Positions 1 to 8,219 of a DNA stretch of 20,733 bases are shown piece after piece (the stretch's first letter is position 1; the number at the start of each line of letters is the position of its first letter). The notes below the pieces were generated by a model. It worked only from the letters and a program-made list of their open reading frames with translations. It had not been told where the DNA came from and made no database searches. The position numbers and the translations under genes are program-made. Origin of the DNA: Candidatus Nanohalobium sp. (GTDB lineage Archaea > Nanohalarchaeota > Nanosalinia > Nanosalinales > Nanosalinaceae); assembly GCA_042217555.1 (NCBI GenBank), contig JBDGSL010000013.1, forward strand, positions 1 through 20,733, read 5' to 3'.

Positions 1-54
1 CTGCAAATGTTTATGACTTGCTCCATCCCAGCCTACTACAAGAACCTTGGTCAT
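1..54 (-). CDS. Alkaline phosphatase superfamily protein (NPP/type I phosphodiesterase-like), N-terminus only; runs off the window
   Basis: Not in the ORF track. Reverse strand from ATG at 54 reads MTKVLVVGWDGASHKHLQ, matching the N-terminal metal-ligand strand of the paralogues here (VIFGLDGAD, KVLIIAFDGLD). An AT-rich TATA-like stretch lies ~22 nt upstream. Confidence 0.7.
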   Translation of the reverse strand, partial: MTKVLVVGWDGASHKHLQ

Positions 55-116
55 ACATGGAAGTTAATCCACAGCTAAATTAATCTTTCTGAAACCGTGA
101 GTCGCTGAGCAGAAGT

Positions 117-1076
117 TCAGAGAGTTTGCTTTCCTGTAAGGTAACCTTTCCAGAAGCCGATAATGCTCATTATGTCACCTAAGAAAATTATAAACGGAAG
201 TAGAAGTATCTTCAGGCCAAATTCTTGCCCTCTGTTCCTCCAAGTCTGGTAGAGCAGCTTGAAGATTATCAGAGGAATGGTCGCTAAGTTTAGATAAGGT
301 ATCAGCAGGGATAGATAAAGTAGAGATTTTGTCGCCTCGTTCCAGAGGCCCATAGGCTTGTCCTTCCCGTGGATTCTTCTGTTTGCTCCAAAGGCCTCCG
401 AGTACTCCAGTTTTTTCCTGAAAAAGTCCCTGAAGGTTTCCTGGTTTGAACCATGGTTGTGATAGATGTAGGTGGGTGCTGAACGGAAGTTCCAGCCCTG
501 ATTCTGAAGCTTGATCTTGATATGGCCATCCTCTCCTGCTCTGAAGAATTTCTCTGAACCGAATCCTCCGATCTCCTCCATCGCTTCTTTCCTGTAGAGA
601 TCTCCTTTCCCGTCGAATCCTTCCGCTTCCTCACAGCCGTCCTGGGCATCCATTTCGCCTTCGCGGACGCCTATACTGAGCAGTTTCTGGACCATGTTAA
701 ACCTCTGGAATCTTTCCTCCGATATGGCGTGCCTGCAAGCCACGACGGCAGTATCCTCGGTAAGACATGAATGCATCTGCTCCAGCCAGTCCTCGTCCTT
801 GGGCACGCAGTCAGCATGTAAAGTACATAGAATATCGTACTCTGCGTTTTCCATCCCTTTGTTCAGGCTTCCCGCAAGGCCTTGATTCTTCTCGTTCTCC
901 AGAAGCTCTACTTCGTCGAACTCTTCCACTATCTCCTTTGTCGAGTCGGTGCTCCCGTCGTCCACAACCGTAACCTGGTATTTATCGTAATCCTGGTCGA
1001 GGACGCCTTCCAGAGTATCTCTTATGGTCCTCTCCTCGTTGTAGGCTGGTATGATCACCGAGATTCCCTGAGGCAT
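117..1076 (-). CDS. Family 2 glycosyltransferase (GT-A fold) with C-terminal membrane segments
   Basis: SVIIPAYNEE, VVDDGSTD, NQGLAGSLNKG, LHADC at the DxD position, GED catalytic motif, hydrophobic C-terminus. Confidence 0.92.
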   Translation of the reverse strand: MPQGISVIIPAYNEERTIRDTLEGVLDQDYDKYQVTVVDDGSTDSTKEIVEEFDEVELLENEKNQGLAGSLNKGMENAEYDILCTLHADCVPKDEDWLEQMHSCLTEDTAVVACRHAISEERFQRFNMVQKLLSIGVREGEMDAQDGCEEAEGFDGKGDLYRKEAMEEIGGFGSEKFFRAGEDGHIKIKLQNQGWNFRSAPTYIYHNHGSNQETFRDFFRKKLEYSEAFGANRRIHGKDKPMGLWNEATKSLLYLSLLIPYLNLATIPLIIFKLLYQTWRNRGQEFGLKILLLPFIIFLGDIMSIIGFWKGYLTGKQTL

Positions 1077-1117
1077 GTAGTTCCACTTAAAATCTTAGAA
1101 TTATTAATGGTATGCAG
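1077..1117. promoter_or_regulatory. Overlapping divergent archaeal promoters
   Basis: CTTAAAAT (1086-1093) lies 24 nt before ATG 1118. TTATTAAT (1101-1108; ATTAATAA on the minus strand) lies 24 nt before ATG 1076. Confidence 0.55.
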
Positions 1118-2350
1118 ATGAAAGTCGTGATGATCTCTCTGGACAGTGTGAGGAGTGACTTCTTTGGTCCGGAGAGCAGGACGGAGGACACCCCCAACAT
1201 AGACAGGATCTGTGAACAGGGAGCTTACTTTCCGGAAACCATAGTCCAGGCGCCGTTTACAGCACCGAGCCATGGTTCCATGTTGACCGGGGAACTCCCC
1301 TATGACAGCGGCATAAGGAACTTTGACGGGGAACTCAGGGGGGATGTCGAGACAGTCTTCGAGTGGGCCGAAGATCAAGGCCTGGAAACCTCGGCTTTCC
1401 TGGGTAGCGGGATGCTGAAGAACAGAGGGTTCGACTCCTGGGATTACAAAGGTTATGAACTACTTGAAGATGTCAAGCAGGAGCTGAAGAGGGATGAAGA
1501 CGTTTTCTGCTTCGTACATTACTGGAACACTCACACCCCCTACAAGTCAAAGATGCCTAACAGTTCTCCGAAGAACACCCTGGCTAACGCCTATCTCAAG
1601 GTTTCCGAGACCCTGGGGCTGAAGAGGGGCTACATGGGGCCGAACGACAACAGCCTGAGGGAGGCCTGGCGGCTGGGTTACAAGTTCTTCTGGTCTCACA
1701 GGATGGAAGAGCTGAGGAATCTGATGAGGGAAGACGAAGAAAGGGCGAGGAAGAGGATGATCCAAGGTTACAAGTCTTCCATAAGGGAGGCGGACGAGTA
1801 TATCGGAAGCGTGCTCCAGACTTTGGAGGAACTGGACGAGGAGTTCGTCCTGATAGTCACCTCGGACCACGGCGAGAGCTTCAACGAGCATGGGGAAAGA
1901 GATGAGTTCAGGGAGTTCGAGCACGGCTACTTCCTCCACCAGAACGTCCTTAGAGTGCCTACAGTCGTCTACGGAGACAGAATAGATGCGGAGAAGCACA
2001 CGGGTAAAGTAAGGAGCATAGATATCGTTCCGACAATAAAGGAGTTGATCTCGAGCGATCCAGGCGAAGAACCTGAGAAAGGCCTTTTCAGCGGAGAAAA
2101 CAGTTTAGCGTACTCGGAATCACATCGACCGCCCGAGTGCGACAAGAAGAGCGTCCAGGACAAGAGGAGGAAAGTGATCCAGGCGAACGGGGAGCCGGAG
2201 TTCCTCGAGCTGCCCGGGGAGTCGCCGGCAGAGCCGTCCGAGCAGCTGAAGGAGGAGCTGGAGAGACACGTCAGGAACGAAAGGGAGAACAAGAAGGCCT
2301 CCGAGGAAGATAAGATAAAGGAGCAGCTCGAGAACCTGGGCTACAGGTAG
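1118..2350 (+). CDS. Sulfatase-like hydrolase/transferase (AlkP superfamily, Thr at the nucleophile position)
   Basis: ISLDSVR, TPNID, APFTAPSHGSMLTG, HYWNTHTPY, TSDHGE, HG, LRVP, IDIVPTI, C-terminal LENLGY. Start 1118 preferred over 1112 on TATA spacing. Confidence 0.88.
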   Translation: MKVVMISLDSVRSDFFGPESRTEDTPNIDRICEQGAYFPETIVQAPFTAPSHGSMLTGELPYDSGIRNFDGELRGDVETVFEWAEDQGLETSAFLGSGMLKNRGFDSWDYKGYELLEDVKQELKRDEDVFCFVHYWNTHTPYKSKMPNSSPKNTLANAYLKVSETLGLKRGYMGPNDNSLREAWRLGYKFFWSHRMEELRNLMREDEERARKRMIQGYKSSIREADEYIGSVLQTLEELDEEFVLIVTSDHGESFNEHGERDEFREFEHGYFLHQNVLRVPTVVYGDRIDAEKHTGKVRSIDIVPTIKELISSDPGEEPEKGLFSGENSLAYSESHRPPECDKKSVQDKRRKVIQANGEPEFLELPGESPAEPSEQLKEELERHVRNERENKKASEEDKIKEQLENLGYR

Positions 2351-2373
2351 ACAAATCATAAACGCTCGTTCTG

Positions 2374-2387
2374 GAAAAGGCCTTTTC
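2374..2387. repeat. Perfect 14-bp palindrome GAAAAGGCCTTTTC (possible terminator or operator)
   Basis: Self-complementary, in the ~100-bp intergenic gap 23 nt after the stop at 2350. Confidence 0.5.
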
Positions 2388-2425
2388 GATTGCTTCAGCG
2401 GGCCCTCCACAGAAACCACAACAGG

Positions 2426-2433
2426 TTTAATTG
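2426..2433 (+). promoter_or_regulatory. TATA box for the IMPase-like/Nudix operon
   Basis: TTTAATTG ~20 nt before ATG 2454. The same octamer precedes the 15419 start on the minus strand. Confidence 0.55.
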
Positions 2434-2453
2434 TCACTGTTCGACAGTAACAT

Positions 2454-3404
2454 ATGGAGAACAAAAGTCTTGTAGAACTGCTCTACGGTATAGCGGAGTC
2501 TGGTGCTTCCGAGGCCAGGCATAGAGGTCCCGGGGAGGTGACCGGGGACCAGGGTTACGGCGACGAGAAGAGGGATATCGACAGAGTGGCCGAGGAGGCC
2601 GTGGTGGACTACTTCGAGTCGGAGATAGATGGTTACGGGTTTTCCGCGGCGCTGAAGCCCGAGGACGCCGAATGGGGTGAGGCATGGATCACCGGAGAGC
2701 AGGAGGCTGTTGACACAGGGGAGCTGACAGGCCTGGACTACGCGCTGGTCGTCGACCAGGTGGAGGGGACCAAGAACTACGAGAACAGGGACAGGTACAC
2801 GACACTCGCAGCCATTGACCCGCGAAACCCCACAGTAGAGGGTATAGAGGCTGCAGTAGTCTACAGGTGGGACGACTAGGTCCTCTTCAGCGACGGAGAA
2901 CAGGCCTACGGCAACTTCAGCCCGGATTCCGAGGACGTGCTGGATAATATAGAGGACGCGGAGGAGCTGAGGCCCCGGGAGATGGACGAGATAGATTACA
3001 ACACCAAGATAAGAGGTCAGATGATAGGCCTCAACGCACAGGACTACGCCGATTTCACTGAGCGGCTGGTGGAAAGCTACGGCCTGGAGGAGAACAACTG
3101 GCCTTCGATGAAGGCTGACGGGACCACCACAGGCGATATTCTTGGCACGGTGACCGATAAATCTATCGCGCTGGATATAAGAGCTCTGAAGGATCGGGAG
3201 AGGCTTCCCTTCGCCCAGGACTTTGCACCGGCCGCGAAGATAGCCAGGGACGCGGGCGCGACAGTTCTGAACGAGAAGGGGGAGGAAGTGGAAACCGATT
3301 TCACCGAGCCGGGTGCAGCGACGGCCTACATAGCTCTACCCCCTGGCGAAGCCGCGGAAGAGATCAGAGAGGATATCCCGGATCTCCTAGGTGAGCTGAG
3401 ATGA
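2454..3404 (+). pseudogene. Inositol monophosphatase/FBPase (FIG) superfamily protein, 316 codons, with one in-frame TAG at 2877-2879 (nonsense mutation, read-through or sequence error)
   Basis: The two track ORFs (2454-2879 and 2937-3404) are in the same frame, and the gap reads *VLFSDGEQAYGNFSPDSEDV. Motifs: IDRVAEEAV, ITGEQE, LVVDQVEGTKNY (DPIDGT-like), AAVVY, QDFAPAAKIARDAGATVLNEKGE (WDxAAGxLIVxEAGG-like). Confidence 0.75.
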
Positions 3405-4249
3405 AGGATTACGAGGTCCTTTCAGAAGATTTTGAGGACGTGAAGATAGGAGAGTACAGCCCTGCTGTCTGGACGCCGGAAGAGGTCATGGCGCGCGACA
3501 GAGGGAAATACGATGTGGAGGAACCTGAGAGCGAAGAGATCTCCCACGATATAATTTCTATAGTCCAGGAGCGCAGAAGAGAAGCAGAGGAGAGCGGAGC
3601 GGAGTTCTACAACGGTCCGCTGATCAGACTAACGGATTACAGGGTTGAGGACGGACAGTTACAACTGGATATCCAGAACACGAACTACTTCTCCCATGCA
3701 GGCACCAGAGATCGGCCGGAGCTCGGTAAGGAAAACAGAGCAGACCCTCTGAGCGTTGGCGCCTACCTTCGCACAGCAGACCACGTGGTGCTCGGCGAAC
3801 GCTCCGGCATCGTGGAGCTCGGCGAAGGCGAATACCAGCTGGCAGGCGCAGGATTCATAGAAGATCCCGAACTCCAGTACGAGAGGTCGCTGAACGCCCA
3901 GTCCTCAAGTCCCATCCACAGGGAGCTGGAGGAGGAAGTGAACCTGGACCACACCCAGATCACAGCCCCAGAACCATCCGCACTGGTAGGTGCGATCCAC
4001 AGACAGCCGATGCTCGTCTACGACACAGAAACGGTCCTTGACCCCGAAGAGGTCGTGGAAGAGTGGCGGAGGATTGACGAGGAAGAAAGAGAGTTCTCCG
4101 AACTCATCTTCGTACCCGAAGACGAGATCGACGCGGCACTGGAGGGAGAAACAGACATCCTGCTGTCGGACGGTGACGGAGTAAGGACAGGGACGTACGA
4201 GGGCGAGCTGAGGCCTCACGCCGAAGGAACACTGGAGGCCTTCAGTTAG
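3401..4249 (+). CDS. Nudix hydrolase, NUDT22-like (putative UDP-sugar pyrophosphatase)
   Basis: FYNGPLIRL, TNY..HAGT, ADPLSVGAYLRTAD..VLGERS, split Nudix box GAGFIED...RELEEEVNL, EREFSELIFV. ATGA overlap with the upstream gene. Confidence 0.75.
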   Translation: MKDYEVLSEDFEDVKIGEYSPAVWTPEEVMARDRGKYDVEEPESEEISHDIISIVQERRREAEESGAEFYNGPLIRLTDYRVEDGQLQLDIQNTNYFSHAGTRDRPELGKENRADPLSVGAYLRTADHVVLGERSGIVELGEGEYQLAGAGFIEDPELQYERSLNAQSSSPIHRELEEEVNLDHTQITAPEPSALVGAIHRQPMLVYDTETVLDPEEVVEEWRRIDEEEREFSELIFVPEDEIDAALEGETDILLSDGDGVRTGTYEGELRPHAEGTLEAFS

Positions 4250-4285
4250 AAGCTCAGGTCTTCAGAAGAAGGTGAGGGGAAGCTT

Positions 4286-5179
4286 TTAGTCCTTGACATC
4301 GTTTACTGTATTCTCTTCACTTTCCAGGTTATCCAGGGTCATCTCCACCCTTCTTCTGACCGCTTCCTCGGTGTTGTAGGCGTTGTGAGGGGTAAAAACC
4401 ACATCTTTTCGATCGTTCAACAGATCGAACTTGCCCTCCTCCACCACGTCAAGAGCTGCCGTGCTGACCGAACCTGATTCCAGAGCATCTCTCAACGCGG
4501 ATGTGTCCACCACTCCGCCTCTTGCTACATTGACGAACACCACACCATCCATCAGATCGAACTCCTTCCCGGATATAAGCTTCCTGGTGGATTCTGTCAG
4601 AGGGCAGTTGATCGAGACTATATCGGAGGCCTCGAGAAGCTCTTCGAGTTCCACATACTCATAACCTATCTCCTCTGCCGCCTCCTCGTCCCTGTAGGGA
4701 TCGAACGCGATCAGATCCATACCGAACGCGGCTGCCCTCTTCAGAAGCTCTCTTCCGATCCTGCCGGCGCCAACAACTCCCAGGGTCCTTCCCTTCAGCT
4801 CCAGACCCCTGCTACCTGAATCCTCATCCGGTTCAAGGCCTGAATCCCAGGTGATCTTCTTCGCCGCATCCAGGATCAGGGCCATATTGTACTCGGCGAC
4901 GCTTTCCTTCCCGTAACCCGGAGCGTTCTGAACCCTGGTGCCCATCTCGTTAGCCGCCTCTATATCGACGTTTTCGTATCCCGAGGTCCTGCAAAGGATC
5001 TTCCGGGGTTCAACCTGCTCCATCAGCTCCCTGGAGACCTCTGATTCAGAACAGATGGAGATAGCATCGTAGGAGGAATCCAAGACAGAGATATCTGCCG
5101 GAGAGTTGAAGAAATCTATCCTATGGTCTGAATCGACATCCTGATGCCAGCTCTCCGAATCGAACCATGCGACCTTCAT
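4286..5179 (-). CDS. D-isomer-specific 2-hydroxyacid dehydrogenase (D-LDH-like)
   Basis: RTSGYENVD, PGYGKESVAEY, LKGRTLGVVGAGRIG, DIVSINCPLT, NVARGGVVD, ALDV, TPHNAYNT. Confidence 0.9.
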   Translation of the reverse strand: MKVAWFDSESWHQDVDSDHRIDFFNSPADISVLDSSYDAISICSESEVSRELMEQVEPRKILCRTSGYENVDIEAANEMGTRVQNAPGYGKESVAEYNMALILDAAKKITWDSGLEPDEDSGSRGLELKGRTLGVVGAGRIGRELLKRAAAFGMDLIAFDPYRDEEAAEEIGYEYVELEELLEASDIVSINCPLTESTRKLISGKEFDLMDGVVFVNVARGGVVDTSALRDALESGSVSTAALDVVEEGKFDLLNDRKDVVFTPHNAYNTEEAVRRRVEMTLDNLESEENTVNDVKD

Positions 5180-5185
5180 CTTGCG

Positions 5186-5914
5186 CTACCTGAGGTCAAG
5201 TTCCCTGTTGGCCTCTCTAAGTCTTCCAGGGGTGCCGACATCGATGTACTCGCCTATGATCTCCCTGTACCCGACGTCGTGACCGTTTCTCCTCATCCTG
5301 TCGATCGCATCGGTAAGCTGGTACTCGTCGCCCTTTCCCTTCTCGATACTATCGATAGCGGAGAAGATCTTCGGACTCAGGATGTATACACCGGTTATAC
5401 CCATGTTCGAGGGAGCTTCCTGCTTTGAGGGCTTCTCGATCATGCCCTCGATACTGTTGTCGTCTCCAGGATCTATTATACCGTAGGAATCCACTTCCTC
5501 GACCTCCTGAGTCCCGATAGTGACGTCAAAGCCTTTCTCATTGTGGAACTCCTTCAGGTCCTTGACGACCTCGACGGACTCGAGATAGTTATCCCCGAGA
5601 ACCACCGCGAAGTCCTCTTCCTCACCTATAACGTGCTCACCGGCTTTGATAGCTCCTGCAAGACCGTTCCTGTCGTCCTGAACCACGTAGGTTAACTCCA
5701 CACCGTACTCCTCCCCGGAGCGCAGGTAATCCAGGATGGCGTGCTGTTTCCAGCCGACGACGACCGTGATCTCCGTGATCCCTGCCTCCCTCAGTGCATG
5801 GATGGCATGTTCGATCACCGCCTTCTCTCCTACAGGCAGTAGTTCTTTAGGATAAGCTCTCGTAAAAGGCCTCATTCTCGTTCCTTTGCCCGCCGCCGGG
5901 ATAAGTCCTTTCAT
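5186..5914 (-). CDS. Sugar-1-phosphate nucleotidyltransferase (AglF/GalU-like, probably UTP-glucose-1-phosphate uridylyltransferase)
   Basis: PAAGKGTRMRPFT..PKELLPVG, GLAGAI, LGDN, IEKP, EYQLTDAI, DVGTP. Divergent from the UDP-Glc dehydrogenase gene. Confidence 0.9.
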   Translation of the reverse strand: MKGLIPAAGKGTRMRPFTRAYPKELLPVGEKAVIEHAIHALREAGITEITVVVGWKQHAILDYLRSGEEYGVELTYVVQDDRNGLAGAIKAGEHVIGEEEDFAVVLGDNYLESVEVVKDLKEFHNEKGFDVTIGTQEVEEVDSYGIIDPGDDNSIEGMIEKPSKQEAPSNMGITGVYILSPKIFSAIDSIEKGKGDEYQLTDAIDRMRRNGHDVGYREIIGEYIDVGTPGRLREANRELDLR

Positions 5915-5969
5915 ATTACGAGGTAATAATTCTCTATATTTTTTATGCCTATGGCACTAAACCCGGGAT
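5915..5969. promoter_or_regulatory. Divergent promoter region (55 bp)
   Basis: AT-rich core CTATATTTTTTATGC midway between the two start codons. Confidence 0.5.
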
Positions 5970-7268
5970 ATGGAGATCAGTATCGTCGGAACCGGATACG
6001 TGGGCCTACCGGCAGGAGCAGGCCTGGCATCGAAGGGAAACCATGATATCACCTGTGTGGACATCGATGAGGAGAAGGTGGAGAAGATCAACAGGGGAGA
6101 ATGCCCGATCTACGAGGAGGACCTGCCTGAACTACTTGAAGAGGTCGTCTCCAGCGGAAAGCTCGAGGCCACGACAGATACTACGAACGCGGTCAAGAAC
6201 ACGGATATCACGTTCCTAGCGGTCGGAACCCCGATGAGCGACGATGGCAGCATAAACCTCGATTACATCAGACAGGCCGCAGAGGACATAGGAGAAGGCC
6301 TGAAGCAGAAAGAGGGGTACCATGTGGTCGTCGTCAAGAGCACGGTGGTGCCGAAAACAACTGAAGAGGAGGTTATCCCACGGCTCGAGGAAAAATCTGG
6401 TAAAACAGCTGGCGAGGACTTCGGAGTCTGTATGAACCCTGAGTTTTTGCGGGAAGGTACCGCTCTGAACGACTTCCTGAACCCTGACAGGATTGTAATT
6501 GGAGAGCTGGACGAGAGATCCGGCGACCGGATAATGAAGATGTACGAAGAGTTCGATGCCCCGAAGATCCGGACATCGCTGAGAGCGGCCGAGCTGATAA
6601 AGTACGCCTCCAACTCTCTGCTCGCCACCAAGATTTCCTTCATCAACGAGATAGGGAACCTGTGTAAAGAGCTGGGGATCGACGTCTACGAGGTCGCCGA
6701 CGGCGTAGGCCTCGACCACAGGGTGAAGAGAGACTTCCTGGACTCCGGAGCAGGCTTCGGCGGAAGCTGCTTCCCTAAGGACGTCAGGGCGGTCGCATCG
6801 TTCATGGAGGAGCAGGGCCTTGAAGCAGATATACTGAACAGCACAATAGAGGTCAACCAGAAACAGAAGACCAAACTGGTCGAACTACTGGAAGAGAGAG
6901 TGGGCAGTGTAGAGGGTAAAGAGATCGCCGTCCTGGGCCTCGCCTTCAAGCCGGGGACGGACGATATCAGGGAAAGTCCTGCGATCGATATAATCTCCGA
7001 GCTGAAAGAGAAAGGCGCTTCCGTACAGGGATACGATCCCAAGGCCATCGAGAACATGCGGGAGAAGCACCCGGACATAACCTACACCGAGACCTGGGAG
7101 GAGGCCCTGGAGGACGCAGACGCCGCCCTGCTCGTAACCGACTGGGAGGAGTTCGACGAGATATCCAGAAAAGACCTCAAGAAGATGAAGGAGCCGATCC
7201 TGCTTGAAGGTCGCAGGATGGATTACGACTTACCTGATGAGAACACGGAGGGCGTGACCTGGCCCTGA
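5970..7268 (+). CDS. ugd: UDP-glucose 6-dehydrogenase (AglM/Ugd family)
   Basis: GTGYVG, AVGTP, KSTV, NPEFLREG, AELIKYASN, catalytic GFGGSCFPKD, GLAFKPGTDDIRESP. Confidence 0.95.
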   Translation: MEISIVGTGYVGLPAGAGLASKGNHDITCVDIDEEKVEKINRGECPIYEEDLPELLEEVVSSGKLEATTDTTNAVKNTDITFLAVGTPMSDDGSINLDYIRQAAEDIGEGLKQKEGYHVVVVKSTVVPKTTEEEVIPRLEEKSGKTAGEDFGVCMNPEFLREGTALNDFLNPDRIVIGELDERSGDRIMKMYEEFDAPKIRTSLRAAELIKYASNSLLATKISFINEIGNLCKELGIDVYEVADGVGLDHRVKRDFLDSGAGFGGSCFPKDVRAVASFMEEQGLEADILNSTIEVNQKQKTKLVELLEERVGSVEGKEIAVLGLAFKPGTDDIRESPAIDIISELKEKGASVQGYDPKAIENMREKHPDITYTETWEEALEDADAALLVTDWEEFDEISRKDLKKMKEPILLEGRRMDYDLPDENTEGVTWP

Positions 7269-7279
7269 GGTGAAGAAAG

Positions 7280-8212
7280 ATGAGAGTTCTACTTACAGGC
7301 GGAGCAGGATTCATAGGATCACACCTTACCGAAAAGCTGCTGGAACAGGGTAACGAGGTCATCGTAGTAGACGACCTCTCCTCGGGCCAGGCCTCGAACA
7401 TCGAACACCTGAAGAACAGAGAGGACTTCGAGTTCAGGGACCAGGACGTACTCGACGACCTGGAGATCGATGGAGAACTTGACTACGTTCTCCACTTCGC
7501 GTCCAGGGCCTCACCCAACGACTACCAGGAGCACCCTATCCACACGTTAAGGACCAACTCCGAAGGGACTCTGAAGATGCTGGAACTCGCCGATGAACAC
7601 GACGCGAAGTTCATGTACTCCTCGACATCGGAGGTCTACGGCAACCCGGAGGAACACCCGCAGACAGAGGAGTACAACGGGAACGTCAACCCTGTAGGTC
7701 CTCGTGCATGCTACGACGAGGGAAAAAGGTTCGGTGAGGCAGCGATCGTCAGCTACGACATGAAACACAGCATAGACTACCGGATAATCAGGATCTTCAA
7801 CACGTATGGTCCAAGACTCAGGAAGGAGGACGGAAGGGTCATCAGCAACTTCCTGGACCAGGCCCTGAACGACAGGCCTCTAACGGTCTACGGCGACGGG
7901 ACACAGACCAGGAGCTTCTGCTACATAGACGATCTGGTGAACGGGATCAGGGAAGCGATGGACAGCGAGAAAGGGGAGATCTTCAACCTCGGGAACCCGG
8001 ACGAATACACGATCCTGGAGCTCGCGGAGAAGGTTCAAGAGGTCATAGAAACGGAATCTGAGATAACGCACCAGGAACTACCGGAAGACGACCCTGAGAA
8101 GAGGAAGCCCGACATCTCGAAGGCCAGGGAAAAGCTTGGCTGGGAACCGGAGGTAAGCCTGGAAAAAGGTCTGAAGCAAACAGCTGAATATTTAAGAACA
8201 GAATATCAGTGA
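7280..8212 (+). CDS. uxs: UDP-glucuronate decarboxylase (UDP-xylose synthase)
   Basis: TGGAGFIGSH, HFASRASP..Y, STSEVYG, GPRACYDEGKR, RIFNTYGPR, DGRVISNF, DDPEKRKPDI. SD-like GAGGTGA at 7267-7273. Confidence 0.9.
   Translation: MRVLLTGGAGFIGSHLTEKLLEQGNEVIVVDDLSSGQASNIEHLKNREDFEFRDQDVLDDLEIDGELDYVLHFASRASPNDYQEHPIHTLRTNSEGTLKMLELADEHDAKFMYSSTSEVYGNPEEHPQTEEYNGNVNPVGPRACYDEGKRFGEAAIVSYDMKHSIDYRIIRIFNTYGPRLRKEDGRVISNFLDQALNDRPLTVYGDGTQTRSFCYIDDLVNGIREAMDSEKGEIFNLGNPDEYTILELAEKVQEVIETESEITHQELPEDDPEKRKPDISKAREKLGWEPEVSLEKGLKQTAEYLRTEYQ
7298..7323 (+). repeat. 26-bp exact direct repeat, copy 1 (GGCGGAGCAGGATTCATAGGATCACA)
   Basis: Identical to 8244-8269. Confidence 0.9.
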
Positions 8213-8219
8213 TAAAAAC

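Noticed and set aside
2937..3404. Independent 155-aa gene from GTG 2937
   Set aside because: It is the C-terminal half of the IMPase fold; the upstream in-frame codons carry family-like sequence.
3848..3860. 13-bp partial match (GCAGGATTCATAG) to the 26-bp repeat inside the Nudix gene
   Set aside because: Short and explained by the shared AGFI peptide and codon bias.
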